A DNA stretch of 64,000 bases from Neocallimastix sp. 'constans'. Its lineage: Eukaryota. Position numbers and translations under genes: made by a program. The notes under the pieces were generated by a model that saw only the letters and a list, made by a program, of their open reading frames with translations, made no database searches and had not been told where the DNA came from. This document shows, one piece after another, positions 1-11,697 of the stretch (the first letter of the stretch is position 1; every line of letters starts with the position of its first letter). Location: positions 124,001-188,000 of the forward strand of contig JBODTK010000156.1 of the NCBI GenBank assembly GCA_050613775.1, given 5' to 3'.

Positions 1-600
1 TGGTTCTGATTTCGTTTGCAATCTCTTGAAGATTGTCTTTATAATTGAATTTGACATAATTTTTATATTCCCCTGGGAGTCCCTTCAGGAGTAATTTGAA
101 TTTTTCATCTTCGTCTATTGTTTTTCCTAATTCTTGGAGTAGATTACAAAGATGTTCGAATTCTGTAGTAAATTTGATTACTTCTTTGTCCGTTTTGGCT
201 CTTAGATTTTTTAAACGGTCGTATAAATCTGGAACTTTATTGATATTTATGATATTATATTCGCTTTCCAGATATTTATACATTTCGTAGGCCGATTTTA
301 ATCGAAGGCCTATCAACGTGGCTTTGGTTTCTTTGGAAACCGAGCATAAGATTTGTTGGCGAGCTCTACCGTCCTTTTCTTTAATTAGAGAAATTGAATT
401 TTCAATATTCTTCTTATCTTCTTTTTTATATGAGTTTATCATAACTCATTTAGTTCTTCGTTGGCTTCGAATTGGATGTATTTGTCTATGTGATTTATTT
501 CGAGATTTGTTCTCAATTCGTACGCCCAAATATCAAAGTTTTCCTCGTTTAATATCTCTCTTGGAGTTGAGGAGGAATCTGTATTATTAGAAGTATTCAT
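1..600 (-). pseudogene. Copia gag (UBN2-type), frameshifted near 441, partial
   Basis: Manual translation: MNTSNN...LNEENFDIWAYEL, then KSAYEMYKYLESEY...LQELGKTIDEDEKFKLLLKGLPGEYKNYV. This resembles the gag of element A (TAYEVWNHL...LEELGESISDERKFNYLYNALP). Confidence 0.75.
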
Positions 601-658
601 TATTTAGATAAGAAAGGCGGTTTTAAATAACGGATATATTTTTATAAATAAGAGCTAA

Positions 659-673
659 TTGAGACTCTTAATC
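659..673 (-). promoter_or_regulatory. Primer-binding site complementary to the tRNA-Lys(CUU) anticodon arm
   Basis: Plus strand TTGAGACTCTTAATC abuts the LTR terminus (TG at 674). TGAGACTCTTAATC matches the eukaryotic tRNA-Lys(CTT) anticodon stem-loop as recalled. Confidence 0.8.
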
Positions 674-986
674 TGAGAAAAGTATGTGTGTTCTTTATAA
701 TAAACTTTATTTAATTTTTGTATTTATTTAATACATAAATTTTATTTATTTTAAGAACTCTTTTTTTTAAGATAATAAATATAATTATATTTTATAGTAA
801 AAATTACATATTTAATCATGTGATAATTCTATGAATTAATACACATAGATAAATGTTACACAACATAAAAATATAAGAATAAAATATTAATATAAGATAA
901 AAATATAATATTGATAATAATATAAGAATATAAAAATATAATATTAATAATATAAAAATATAAAATAAAATGTGAATATTTTAACA

Positions 987-1702
987 ATTTTTATATCATA
1001 AATTTCTACTTCTAACCCCTCAAACTTGATTTTCTGTTTATACAAAAATCTAGTTTGCTTCAAAGAAGTTTAAATTTATTTAGTTTTAAATTATATATGT
1101 CGACTACGATGAATTTTTCATACAAGTTTATTTTGTCCCTTCATTGGTAATTTATATTTGCTTTTTGGTTTAGCAATAACCATAATTTATATGTTTTGTG
1201 GATTAACATTAACCATATTATTTTAGAGGTGACATTACATTCTTGTTCGGTCTTACTAATTTCACATTTATTTTATGTGGGGGTAATGTCCTTTCCTTTT
1301 TGTAAACATTGAGCTAGTTATGAAGGCTAGTAGTTCTTCTATAGTTCCAGCTATTATAGCTATTGTAATATAGATTTCATTTCTTCATATTTTTGATTAA
1401 GAGTCTTTTGAAATTACCATTTTGAAATCTTCTATTACTTGTCAGCTTCTTTCGCTCAGTCGATTAGAGTCTTGAGACTCTTAATCTTTTAGAAGGTAAA
1501 AATGGGTTTTATAATAAATGTTTATTATTATGTGTTAATAACTAACCTCAGATTTACAATTAAAGTAAAACCAGTTCTATTTATACAAGAACTGTGGCTA
1601 AATTTAGATACATGTTAATTTATTTAATTAATGTATTACATATCATATTAATTTAATTTAATTTAATATTTATTATTATATCATAAATTTCTACTTCTAA
1701 CA
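987..1702 (-). mobile_element. Short internally deleted Copia element 'B' (TRIM-like); 3' LTR interrupted by element 0
   Basis: 5' LTR 1487-1702 has termini TTTTAGAAG...CTTCTAACA. PBS at 1472-1486. ~450 bp non-coding interior ends in a decayed RNase H tail (HRSRHI...SSLRG). PPT AAGTTTGAGGGG at 1027->1016. The LTR end TTATATCATAAATTTCTACTTCTAAC recurs at 991-1016. Confidence 0.75.
1454..1486 (-). promoter_or_regulatory. Extended tRNA-Lys(CUU) 5'-half primer-binding site
   Basis: Plus strand GCTCAGTCGATTAGAGTCTTGAGACTCTTAATC resembles the tRNA-Lys(CTT) D-arm plus anticodon arm (GCTCAGTCGGTAGAGCATGAGACTCTTAATC). The match stops exactly at the LTR boundary. Confidence 0.8.
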
Positions 1703-2113
1703 AAGAGTACTTAATATATTAGATTATTAAATCTAGAATTTGTTTTTGCTTTTTGAATTTTTGTATTTTTGTATGTTTGTATATTTTTATAAATCATCAT
1801 TTGCGTATGTTCTTCCAGAAATAATAATTAATTTTAATAAAAAACTATTTATTAAAATTAAACTAATAACAATAATAAAATGATTCATAATTATAAAAAA
1901 AATACATAATGAAAAATTATACAAAAAAAAAAAAATTTCAAAAAATATATATTTTTTGCAATTGTAAAAAAAACAATTCCATAAATATTCCCATAAAATA
2001 AACATTCTTTTTATACTAAAAATATAAAAATATGACTATATATGTAAGTCATTAAATCATTAAATAAAAGGAGATATTCGAACGAAACTAATACCAACAA
2101 TTTTATGACACAA

Positions 2114-2415
2114 TGTTAGAAATAAAGTTTAATATCTTAAATAATCAATAATAATTTGGTATATTTAACTTAGATTAGTATATTTATTTATATTTAATTA
2201 TAAATTAAATATGTATGTTATGTAGATGTATGAGGCGCATGCCTGATATACATCAGAGTTTTACATGTATAAACAAATATAGTTAAATTAAATTTTTAAG
2301 AAATAATCATATAATTAAAATTAAAATAACCTTTAACAAAAATATAATAACAATTATATATAATTAATAAAGTGATCACACATTCTAAAATTAAAAAAAA
2401 CATAAATTCTTAATA
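2114..2415 (+). repeat. 5' LTR of element A
   Basis: Near-identical to 6280-6532 over ~250 bp with two small indels; ends TTCTTAATA just before the PBS. Confidence 0.9.
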
Positions 2416-2430
2416 GATTAAGAGTCTCAA
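2416..2430 (+). promoter_or_regulatory. Primer-binding site (tRNA-Lys(CUU) anticodon arm)
   Basis: GATTAAGAGTCTCAA directly after the LTR; the same 15-mer occurs in elements 0 and B. Confidence 0.8.
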
Positions 2431-2593
2431 TCAGCTCAACAATCTTACCATAATAACTAAACGATTATTAATAAAACATTAAAAAAACATTTTTACCGAA
2501 ATTTAAAAATTAAATTAATTTTGAAATTTCAAATTTAGAAAATTAAAATTTAAAATTTAAATTACATTCAACATAAAAATTAAAAAAAAAAAA

Positions 2594-5500
2594 ATGGAAG
2601 ACAATTCAATTAAAGTAGTTAATACTACTGCTACCAAAAGAGAACTCACACCGAGCTACTATCCATTGTGGGCCTCAGAAATGGATCTCATGTTAACATC
2701 TAAAGGTTTAGATGATCATATATACGAAGAGAATGTAAAGATGATCACCGAAAATTCGCCTGACTATAAGAAGGGCCATTGTAAGAAAGTCAGAGGTTCA
2801 ACTAAATATTACTATGCCGAAGATGTCACTGATGAAATGATTAAAAACGATAACAAAACAAAATTTTTAATCAGTATCAATCTTGACGATAAAACCAAAA
2901 GTACAATAGATTTTAAAAATAAAACCGCTTACGAAGTTTGGAACCACTTACAAGGACTCTTTATAAAGAACAACGAAGAAATAAAATTAGAAACAGTCAA
3001 AAAGTTGAATACTTTAAAATACAATATAAATGATGATTTTGGAATATTTCTTTCCAAATTATTAAATACAATTGACAAGTTAGAAGAACTAGGTGAGTCA
3101 ATAAGTGACGAAAGAAAATTTAATTATTTATATAATGCACTACCCAGCGACATTGTTCAATTAACCAATGTGATATCATACCAAGATGACTGAAAAAAAT
3201 GTTGTGAGCAATTAAAAAAGACTATTCCAAGATTAAATATTTACGAAGTTTAAAAAGTGATCAAGAAAAAATTAAGGTGTACAATTCAGAAATAAACAAT
3301 CAACAAAATAACAAAAGGAAGGTTATATGTTTCAAATGTGGCAAAGCAGGCCATATAGCACGTGACTGTAGAGTCAAAACCCTCAGAAGAAGACAAAATA
3401 GCTACAAAAGATACAATAACTACAAAAGATACAATAACTACAAAAGAAAATATGAAAATAAAGACCAAAGAAAGAAAAAAGAAAAGTACTATGCTGATAA
3501 TGTTAAGGTAAACCTGGATAAAGAAGAGAAAACTATAATGAGATTTTTGATAATGCGTTATCCATCGATTATAATGATGATAATATAAATCAATCGAATA
3601 GCGCAATTTCTGATAACAAGAAATTTCGTTGAATGGCGTAAGCCAGAAGGGTAAAATTTAAGTTATTATACTGCCCAAAACCAAAAACCCAATATTAATA
3701 ACAGTAACATCACAATATGGACTTTAGACTCTGGGGCGTCATATCACATGTCCCATAACAGAGAAAATTTAGTAGATACACATGATCACCATATTAATAT
3801 TCATTTTGCTAATGGTGATGTAGTTGAATCAAAATTAATAGGTAAATATATAGGATTAATTAATAACCACAAAATAATATTAAACGATGTCCTATATGTT
3901 CCATCTTTTAAAAGAAGTCTTTTATCAATTGATCATCTAAGTGATGACAATTATAAAATAGTTTTCTATAAAAATAAATACAATAATAAAAGATGTGCTC
4001 TATTATATAATAATAAAGGAAAAAGAATATATACAAGTTATTCAAATGAATCTAAAGTCTACAAAATATTTACAACAAAAAGTAATATATCTACAAGTTT
4101 CAATAACGTTACTTGTTATAATATTGAAGATGCCACGAATGACTCAAGTTTGAATCTATGGCATAGAAGATTTGGTCATTTTAATATTGACCTAATTAAA
4201 AATAAATTAAAGAAAATTAATTTTACACCAAAATGCAAAATTTGTTTAAAATCAAAACTTACAAATTTACCATTTTACCCATCAATCAATCATACAAAGG
4301 AACCTTTTGAACTTTTACACATGGATTTGGTTAAGGCTCCTGATTTTTCATTTTATAACAATAGATATTTTGTAACTATACTCGATGATTTTACACGGTA
4401 TAGTTGGGTACTATTTGTTAAAAATAAAAGCGATGTATATAATGCTTTTATTATTTGGTATAACCAAATTAAAAATATATTTAAAAATTATAATATTAAA
4501 TACATAAAAACAGATAATGGGACAGAATTTTTCAATAATAATTTTAATGAGTTTTACAATAAAACTGGAATAATTCATAAACACACAGTACCACATAACC
4601 CCCAACAAAACGGTAGAGTAGAAAGATTGCACAGAACATTGATATCTAATGGAGATGCAGTGTTAGCTGATGCTAAATTAAGTCATAAATTTTGGCAGGA
4701 TGCAGTTGCAACAGCTAATTATATTCATAATCGATTATCACATAAAGGTAATAATAATAAAATTCCATATGAATTATTGTATAACGAAAAGGTTGATTAT
4801 AATAGACTTAAAGTTTTCGGTTGTCGAGTGTACTTTTATGTTCCTAAACAATTCAGAAAGAAGTTTTGTAATACAACTCTACCAGGTGTATTCTTAGGTT
4901 ATGACGAAATTAATCATACAGCATATAGAATATATGATATTAATAATAATAATTCTTTCACGAACAGTCGCATTTCTTGAAGATGAACCTGCAAATATAG
5001 GTCCTCCTTTGTCCTCTCCAGATATCTTTAACTTTACTCCATTTTATGAATCTGAAGAAATTGAAGACGATATAAATGATAACAATAATAATGAATATTA
5101 TGAAGTTTATAATATTAATAATAACAATAATAATTTATTTAATAATGAAAATCAAATTAATTTAAATAATAATTTAAATCAAATGAATGTTCCATATAAT
5201 AATATAAATAATTTAAATCAAATGAATGTCCCATATAATAATTTAAATAATTTAAATCAAAATAATTTTAATAATATAAATAATTTATCACAAAATAATT
5301 CTATTGGTCTTATACAATATAACAGTAATTTCGAAAATAATAATAAAAATTTTTCAAATTACAACTTAAATTACCGATTTAATAATTTACATTCAAATCA
5401 TGAATTTAATGATTCATCATTAAATTTAAATTATAATAATAAAAACAACCTTACTGAAATAAATGAAAATATAATAATAATATTTATTTCCAAAAAGAAA

Positions 5501-6273
5501 GTAATATAAATTTTCATAATGGGAATAAAGAAAATTATAGTACTAACAATTTAATTAAAATTAATAATTTAAATGATTTAAATTTAAATAATAATTTAAA
5601 TCAGAATTTAGGAAGTAAAGTCACAGAAAGTAATGGAAATAAGATAAACAATATGAAAACCAATGAAGACGTAACGGGAATAAATAATCAGGATTTTAAT
5701 TATAAAAATATACAGGATTTGGAAACTCACAATAATTACATAAATAAAAATAATTTAATTATCGAAGTAAATAAAAATAATTTAAATAATTCAAATTTAT
5801 CAAATAATGTAAACAATGAGTATTTTGATCTAAATAATTATAATTCAAATGACAATTTCACAAATAATAAAAATAATAACATAAATAATAATATAGAAAC
5901 CAACGACGTTAATTGTGTTTCCGTTTCTACCGCAGAAAGCGAATATTATGGTATACATGAATGTGCAAGACATTGTCTTTGGTACAGAAACATTTTTAAG
6001 GAACTTGGATTGAATAATAACAGTATAACAATAAATACTGACAATAAAGTCGCTATTTATAACTGCGAAAACGAAACAATTAATCCGAAGTCTAAGCATA
6101 TCGATTTGAGATATCATAGCATAAGGGAGTTAATAAAAGAAAAATATATAAATTTGAAATATGTTAAATCCGAATATAATTTATCAGACGGATTTACAAA
6201 GTATTTAAATACTACTTTGATGAATAAATTCAGAGAAAACATTCTCACTAGCTTTAAGGATCTTAAACTTTAG
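2594..6273 (+). pseudogene. Copia gag-pol of element A (gag, zinc knuckle, protease, integrase, RNase H C-terminus; RT absent)
   Basis: Zinc knuckle CFKCGKAGHIARDC; protease WTLDSGASYHM (3718); integrase LWHRRFGH..CKIC, HMDL, KTDNGTEF, PQQNGRVERLHR; RNase H STAESEY...TDNK...KHIDLRYH...NLSDGFTK. Multiple stops and frameshifts. Confidence 0.92.
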
Positions 6274-6279
6274 TGGGAA

Positions 6280-6532
6280 TGTTAGAAATAAAGTTTAATA
6301 TCTTAAATAATCAATAATAATTTGGTATATTTAACTTAGATTAGTATATTTATTTATATTTAATTATAAATTAAATATGTATGTTATGTAGATGTATGAG
6401 GCGCATGCCTGATATACATCAGAGTTTTACATGTATAAACAAATATAGTTAAATTTTTAAGAAATGTAAATGATTATAATTATATAATTAAAATTAAAAT
6501 AACCTTTAACAAAAATATAATAACAATTATAT
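6280..6532 (+). repeat. 3' LTR of element A (truncated)
   Basis: Matches the 5' LTR up to ...CAATTATAT, where the element C LTR begins. Confidence 0.9.
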
Positions 6533-6906
6533 TGTTAAGAATGTAACTGAAATCTAACAATTTCAATTATGATTATTTATAGTTAATATGGCTTTTATTT
6601 ATTTATATTTAATTATATGAATATTACATAATAAAGAATATTACAGTTTAACAAAATATAATAAATAAGATTTATAATAACTATTTAATAACTAATGTAT
6701 TCATAATGTGGCTAATAGTGGCGTATTAATATTACAATGTATAATGTATAATTATAATGTAGCTAATACTTAACATTCCCCCTACATTATGCATTTGGTA
6801 ATAATATAAAAAATAAAGTTTTAATAAATTTTTTTTTTTTTTTTTTTTATAGTAAATTTTTAATAATAAAATTTTTTTTTTTTTTTTATAGTAAATTTTT
6901 AATAAT

Positions 6907-6947
<41 letters not shown>

Positions 6948-6953
<6 letters not shown>

Positions 6954-9900
6954 GAAAATAAAATCAGTAAAACATTTCATTTTTGGTCCAGATATTACTT
7001 TAGTTAAAGGATAAGCTAACATAGTATCGGAGGATATATGTTCTAAATTTATTTCTTTTCTGTTTATTTTTTCTTGAATGTATTTATAATCAATGTCCAT
7101 GTGTTTACATCTACCTTTTGTATTTTCATTTTCAGCGATATTTTTACAAGATTTATTATCAATTTTAATTTTTAAATTAATTTCTTTATTGAATATTTCT
7201 TTTAGTAATTTCTTTAATTTCATTCCTTGTTTTGCACATTCAGTTAATGCAACATATTCTGCTTCAGTGGTTGATAATGTGATGCTCTTCTGAGTTTCAG
7301 ATTTCCATGAAATTGGACTTTTTCCAAATAAGAAAATGTATCCACTGGTAGATTTTCTTGTTTCTTCATCGCCAGCGAAATCAGCGTCTGAGTAGGCAAT
7401 TAAATTTTTACTTCCATAGTAATAAATAGATTTTTCTTTAGTAGATTTTAAATATCTTAAGATCATCAATGCTGATTTTAGATCAACTTCTGTTGGGTTT
7501 TCGGCGTGTCTTGCAGCTTGATTAACTGCAAATGAGATGTCTGGTCTTGTTTTTGTTGAAACAAATAATAAAGCACCAATAATAGATTTATAATCTGTTA
7601 CGTTTACTGGTGTTGAATTTTCTCTTTCTTCTAAAGTAATTTTTCTACATGGGTTGTTAATTGGTTTTGTCTTATTCATTTTGTAATTCTTAATTTTTCA
7701 ATGTAGTCTTGTTGATTAATTTTATATCCTTCTTCAGTTTTAAAAATATTTATTCCTATAATTTTGTTAGCTTCCGTGTCTTTTGAAATTTTATATTTTT
7801 CTTTTAATTTATTGCTTATATATTTAATTTCTTTATCTTCTCCAGTAAGTAAGATATCATCAACATAAAGACATAATATAGCACATAAATTTCCATTGTG
7901 ATATTTTGTAAATAAACATTGATCAATACTCAATTGTTTTAAGCCAATATTTTTTAAATAACTTGATATTTCTTTATACCATTGTCTTCCGGCTTGTTTC
8001 AAACCATATAGAGCCTTATTTAATATCCAATATTTTCCAGAATTATAATTTTTATCTCCTTCTGGTATGTCCACGTATATTTCTTCTTCTAATTTGGCAT
8101 TTAAATAAGCTGCCTTTATATCCATTTGTCTTAAGTTCCATTTGTCTTAAGTTCCATTTGTATTGTGATGCGATGGCAATTGCAATTCTTAAACTATCTA
8201 CTTCAATTGTTGGTGAATATGTTGATGTATAGTTAACACCTTTTCTCTGTTTGAATCCACGAGCAACTAATCTTGCTCTTTTAACACCATTATCTTTAGT
8301 AGTAAATACCCATCTAGTATCAATTAAAGTAGTATCTTTAGGAATATTATTAACTATTCTCATTACTTTTTGTTCATACATATTATTGATTTCTTTTTTA
8401 ATTGCATCTTTCCATTTATTTGAATCGTTAGAATTTATTGCTTCATCATAACTCTTGGGATTAACTGTTTTAATTAGTAATACTTTGTTTTTCTTTATTG
8501 TTAATTGTTCATTATCATTTGTATTTTCTTTTTCATTTAAATCAATGAATTTTCTTTTGTTATTATTTTTATGAGTATCGGTATTTTCCATTTCATTATT
8601 TTCTAAATTATTTTTGTTATTATCTTGAATATTTATAGCCATATCATTACTATTAGAATTATTTAAATTGTTGTTTGAACTTTTATCAATTAATATATCA
8701 GAGTTTTGATTTGTGTTTAAGTTTTCATGTTTTTTATTCAAATTCATATTAATATTAATATTATTATTAATGTTATTGTTGTTATTGTTTAATATAATTT
8801 TATTATTGCCATTAATAATTTCTCGGTTGTTATTATTTGAATTATTTGAATTATTTAATTGATCATAACTGCCTTTTTCCCCCTCAATTGAATAATTCGA
8901 AGGAAAAATATAATTAATATATTCTTCTGATAGAAAGGTAGTATTAATAGTTCCAGGAATATTTTCCAAGAAATAAACGTCTCTAGCTGATACAATACAG
9001 TTAGAAGATAAATCTAAAATACGGTAACCAGTAGAGTCCGAAGCATAACCAAGGAAAATTCCAGGTTTAGAATTATTTTCAAATTTATTCTTTTTATGAT
9101 TATTGTAGAAATATACTCTGTAACCAAAAACACGTAAGTGTGAAATATCAATAGGTTTGTTGAAGAAAACTTCATCTGGGATTTTTGAATTATTACCTTG
9201 ATGAGGATTAAGGTTATATAAACGACATGCGCATAGAATAGCAGAATCCCAAAAATTAAGAGGTAATTTGGCAGAATTAAGTAGCGTGGTTGCACAATTA
9301 TTAAGAGTTTGATTAATTCTTTCTGAACGACCATTTTGTTGTGGGTAGCCAGGAGTTGAATGAATTAATTTTATACCATTTTCGGAAAGATACTTGTTGA
9401 AATTTTCATTTGTGTATTCGGTTCCATTGCCGGTTTTTAAAGTTTTAATTGTAAATTCAGTAGTATTATTCATTAATTTGTGAAATTTAATAAATGCGTT
9501 ATAAACATCAGATTTATTTTTTAAAAGGTAAATCCAGCATTTTCTACTATAGTCATCCATAAAAGTTACGTAGTAATTGAAATCGTTATAGGATGTTTTT
9601 AATTTACCAACTACATCGGAGTGTACAAGTTGTAGTGGTTGTGTGGTACTGTTTTCAATTGCATAAAATGGTTTTCTTCTCATTTTGCTGATTTTACATT
9701 GAGTGCAGTCCTTTTTGTTGTGAATACACGTGTGGTTTAAAACAAATTTTTCAATATCTTTATTATTGTTGAAGTGACCTAATCGTGCATGCCAAAGATC
9801 ATAATCGAAATTGCTAATATCAATATTTAAAGATTTATACATTTTAAAGGGAGTAGTGTATAATGAGAAGAGATTTTCTTTGTCGGCATAAATTTTCGCA

Positions 9901-11243
9901 ACTGGTTTATTGTTTTTGAATAATTGAAGTCTATCCTTATTTAAATATTCATCGAAATCGATAATAATGGTAAAATTATTTCTGACAAGATAATGTGTTG
10001 AAATTAAGTTATTTTTGATGTTTGGTGCGTAGTGGACTTTTGAGAGTTTGAAATCGAAATTTTTAATAGCACCATTATATGTTCCTACTTTTACAATTTT
10101 GTCAGATTTTCCGTCAGGATAGGTGATAAATTTGTTGTTGACAGTTTTGGTATCATCTAAGTCTTTTTCTTCTTTTGTTAAATTTAATGAGGTACCGCTG
10201 TCAATAATCCATCTTGTTGGTTCTCTCTTTTGATTAAATGTAGGAGTATCGTTGGGAACAGCATTAACATTAATATTTCCTGAAAATCCAGTGAAAATTT
10301 CGTCTTCGCTAGGTTCATCAGAATCTTCTAAATCTGTAGTATTTTTAATTCCTTCTATATTATTGGAGAGATAATTTTTGTTTTTTGAATTGTTTCTTGT
10401 TGTGTTGCTTCTTTCTTGGTGTCTGATGTTTTCATTTGAAGGATTTTTATTATTTCTTCTATCTTTTCTTCTAGGATTTAAAAAACATTCATCGGTAGTG
10501 TGTCCGTGTTTATGGCAAATGTGACAATATTTTTCTTTTTCTTTATCTTTATCAGAGTCATTTTTAAATTTATATGGTAATTTACCATTTCTAACTCTAT
10601 TAACCGAAAGCTCTTGTGTAGTTTCGTTGCTATAGTCAATTTTCTTTATGTCTTTGTATTTTTTAATAAAAACACTAGTCAAGGCTATCCGTTCTTTTAA
10701 TTCTTCAAAGGTTTTAAATTCGACTAAAAGTACTGGAGGAACTCCAAATTTAGCAATTTCTTCAGCTGAAAGTAAAATTTTAGTTTCTTCGTCTAATTTT
10801 GTTTTTTCACATCTTTTTGATTCCTTATCGTGTAGTTGAAACAAGTAATTTAATTTGTCTATATAGAGTTTTATATCGTTATTTTCGACCTCTAGTTTCT
10901 TGATTTGGTATTCAATTTGATATAATTTTGAAGGTCCAACCTGCAAAAAGTAACTTTCTAATCTTATAATCATTTCATAGGCGGTTTCACATCCTTCAAT
11001 GAGTTCGGCGGTAGTTGAATCTAAGCTGCTTTCGATGATGGTTTGGGTTGCACAGTCTTCCTTGATTTCATCATCATCCATTTCTGTAATATCTATGTCA
11101 TTTTTGATGCAGTCAATAAGATCTAATGCCGTTAAGTGACGTTTGAGAGCTCTATACCATCTTGGAAAGTTTTCTGTAGTTAATTTAAAATTTTGATAAT
11201 TAAAAACCGATTTATTTGTCATATCTGACTTCTTTCTTCTCAT
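6948..11243 (-). pseudogene. Copia polyprotein of element C, split by two frameshifts
   Basis: CHICHKHGHTTDEC, WIIDSGTS, LWHARLGH, PQQNGRSER, KRARLVARGF, MDIKAAYLNA, LYGLKQAGRQW, LYVDD, YSDADFAGD, STTEAEY. A 16-bp tandem duplication at 8121-8151 and a frameshift near 7680. Confidence 0.93.
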
Positions 11244-11263
11244 GAGTTTTTCGTTGATTCTGT

Positions 11264-11533
11264 TTAATCTTTTAATAAAATTCTTTGTGTTTCTAAGATT
11301 GAGGATTGTTTTTCGACATTTTCTTCTAAGTCATTTAAATTTTCTTCAATATGTTTTATTTTCGACTTTGGAATATTATTTTGTTTGTTTACATTTTCTT
11401 CAAAGTCTTTCAAAAAATTAAAATCATCATTTTCGTAATCTTGAATTTCTTGTTCTTCACTTTCATAATTATTGTTTTGTGAAGTTGATGATTCTTCAAA
11501 TTTTCCTGAATTTTTAGATTTGTTATTTTCCAT
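11264..11533 (-). CDS. Short acidic/coiled-coil ORF upstream of the element C gag (uORF or frameshifted gag N-terminal extension)
   Basis: 89-aa ORF with AAA-ATG context, protein-like composition, same strand as gag and ending 20 nt before it. Confidence 0.45.
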   Translation of the reverse strand: MENNKSKNSGKFEESSTSQNNNYESEEQEIQDYENDDFNFLKDFEENVNKQNNIPKSKIKHIEENLNDLEENVEKQSSILETQRILLKD

Positions 11534-11697
11534 TTTGGAATTTAGAATTTTAAATTTTAATTAATTTTAAAAAAAAATTTAAATTTTGAAATTTTAATTT
11601 TGAAATCTAATTTCAATAATTTTGAATTTGTAGATTTTAAATTATTTATTTAATATTTTAATTATAACAAGCTTGTTTAATTTAATTTTTGTATTAA

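Larger units (their letters stand above)
1..986 (-). mobile_element. Ty1/Copia LTR retrotransposon 'element 0', 5' part (LTR, PBS, gag); runs off the window start
   Basis: Read on the minus strand: LTR 986->674 (TGTTAAAAT...TTTCTCA), then immediately PBS GATTAAGAGTCTCAA (673->659), then gag ATG at 600. Confidence 0.8.
2114..6532 (+). mobile_element. Ty1/Copia LTR retrotransposon 'A', non-autonomous (RT deleted), 3' LTR truncated by element C
   Basis: Direct-repeat LTRs both start TGTTAGAAATAAAGTTT (2114 and 6280). PBS 2416-2430, PPT AGTGGGAA 6272-6279. Domain order is gag-PR-IN-RH. Confidence 0.95.
6533..11640 (-). mobile_element. Ty1/Copia LTR retrotransposon 'C'; near-complete pol, 5' LTR and PBS not found
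   Basis: 3' LTR 6533-6775 with terminal inverted repeats TGTTAAG...CTTAACA; PPT GTAGGGGGAA adjacent on the minus strand; gag-PR-IN-RT-RH ORFs. The 5' boundary is uncertain. Confidence 0.92.

Noticed and set aside
1454..1500. tRNA-Lys gene
   Set aside because: Only the D-arm and anticodon portion are present, with no T-arm or acceptor stem; it ends at an LTR boundary, so it is a PBS.
3191..3660. Programmed readthrough or frameshift between gag and pol of element A
   Set aside because: The element has several other stops and frameshifts, so decay is the simpler explanation from a single copy.
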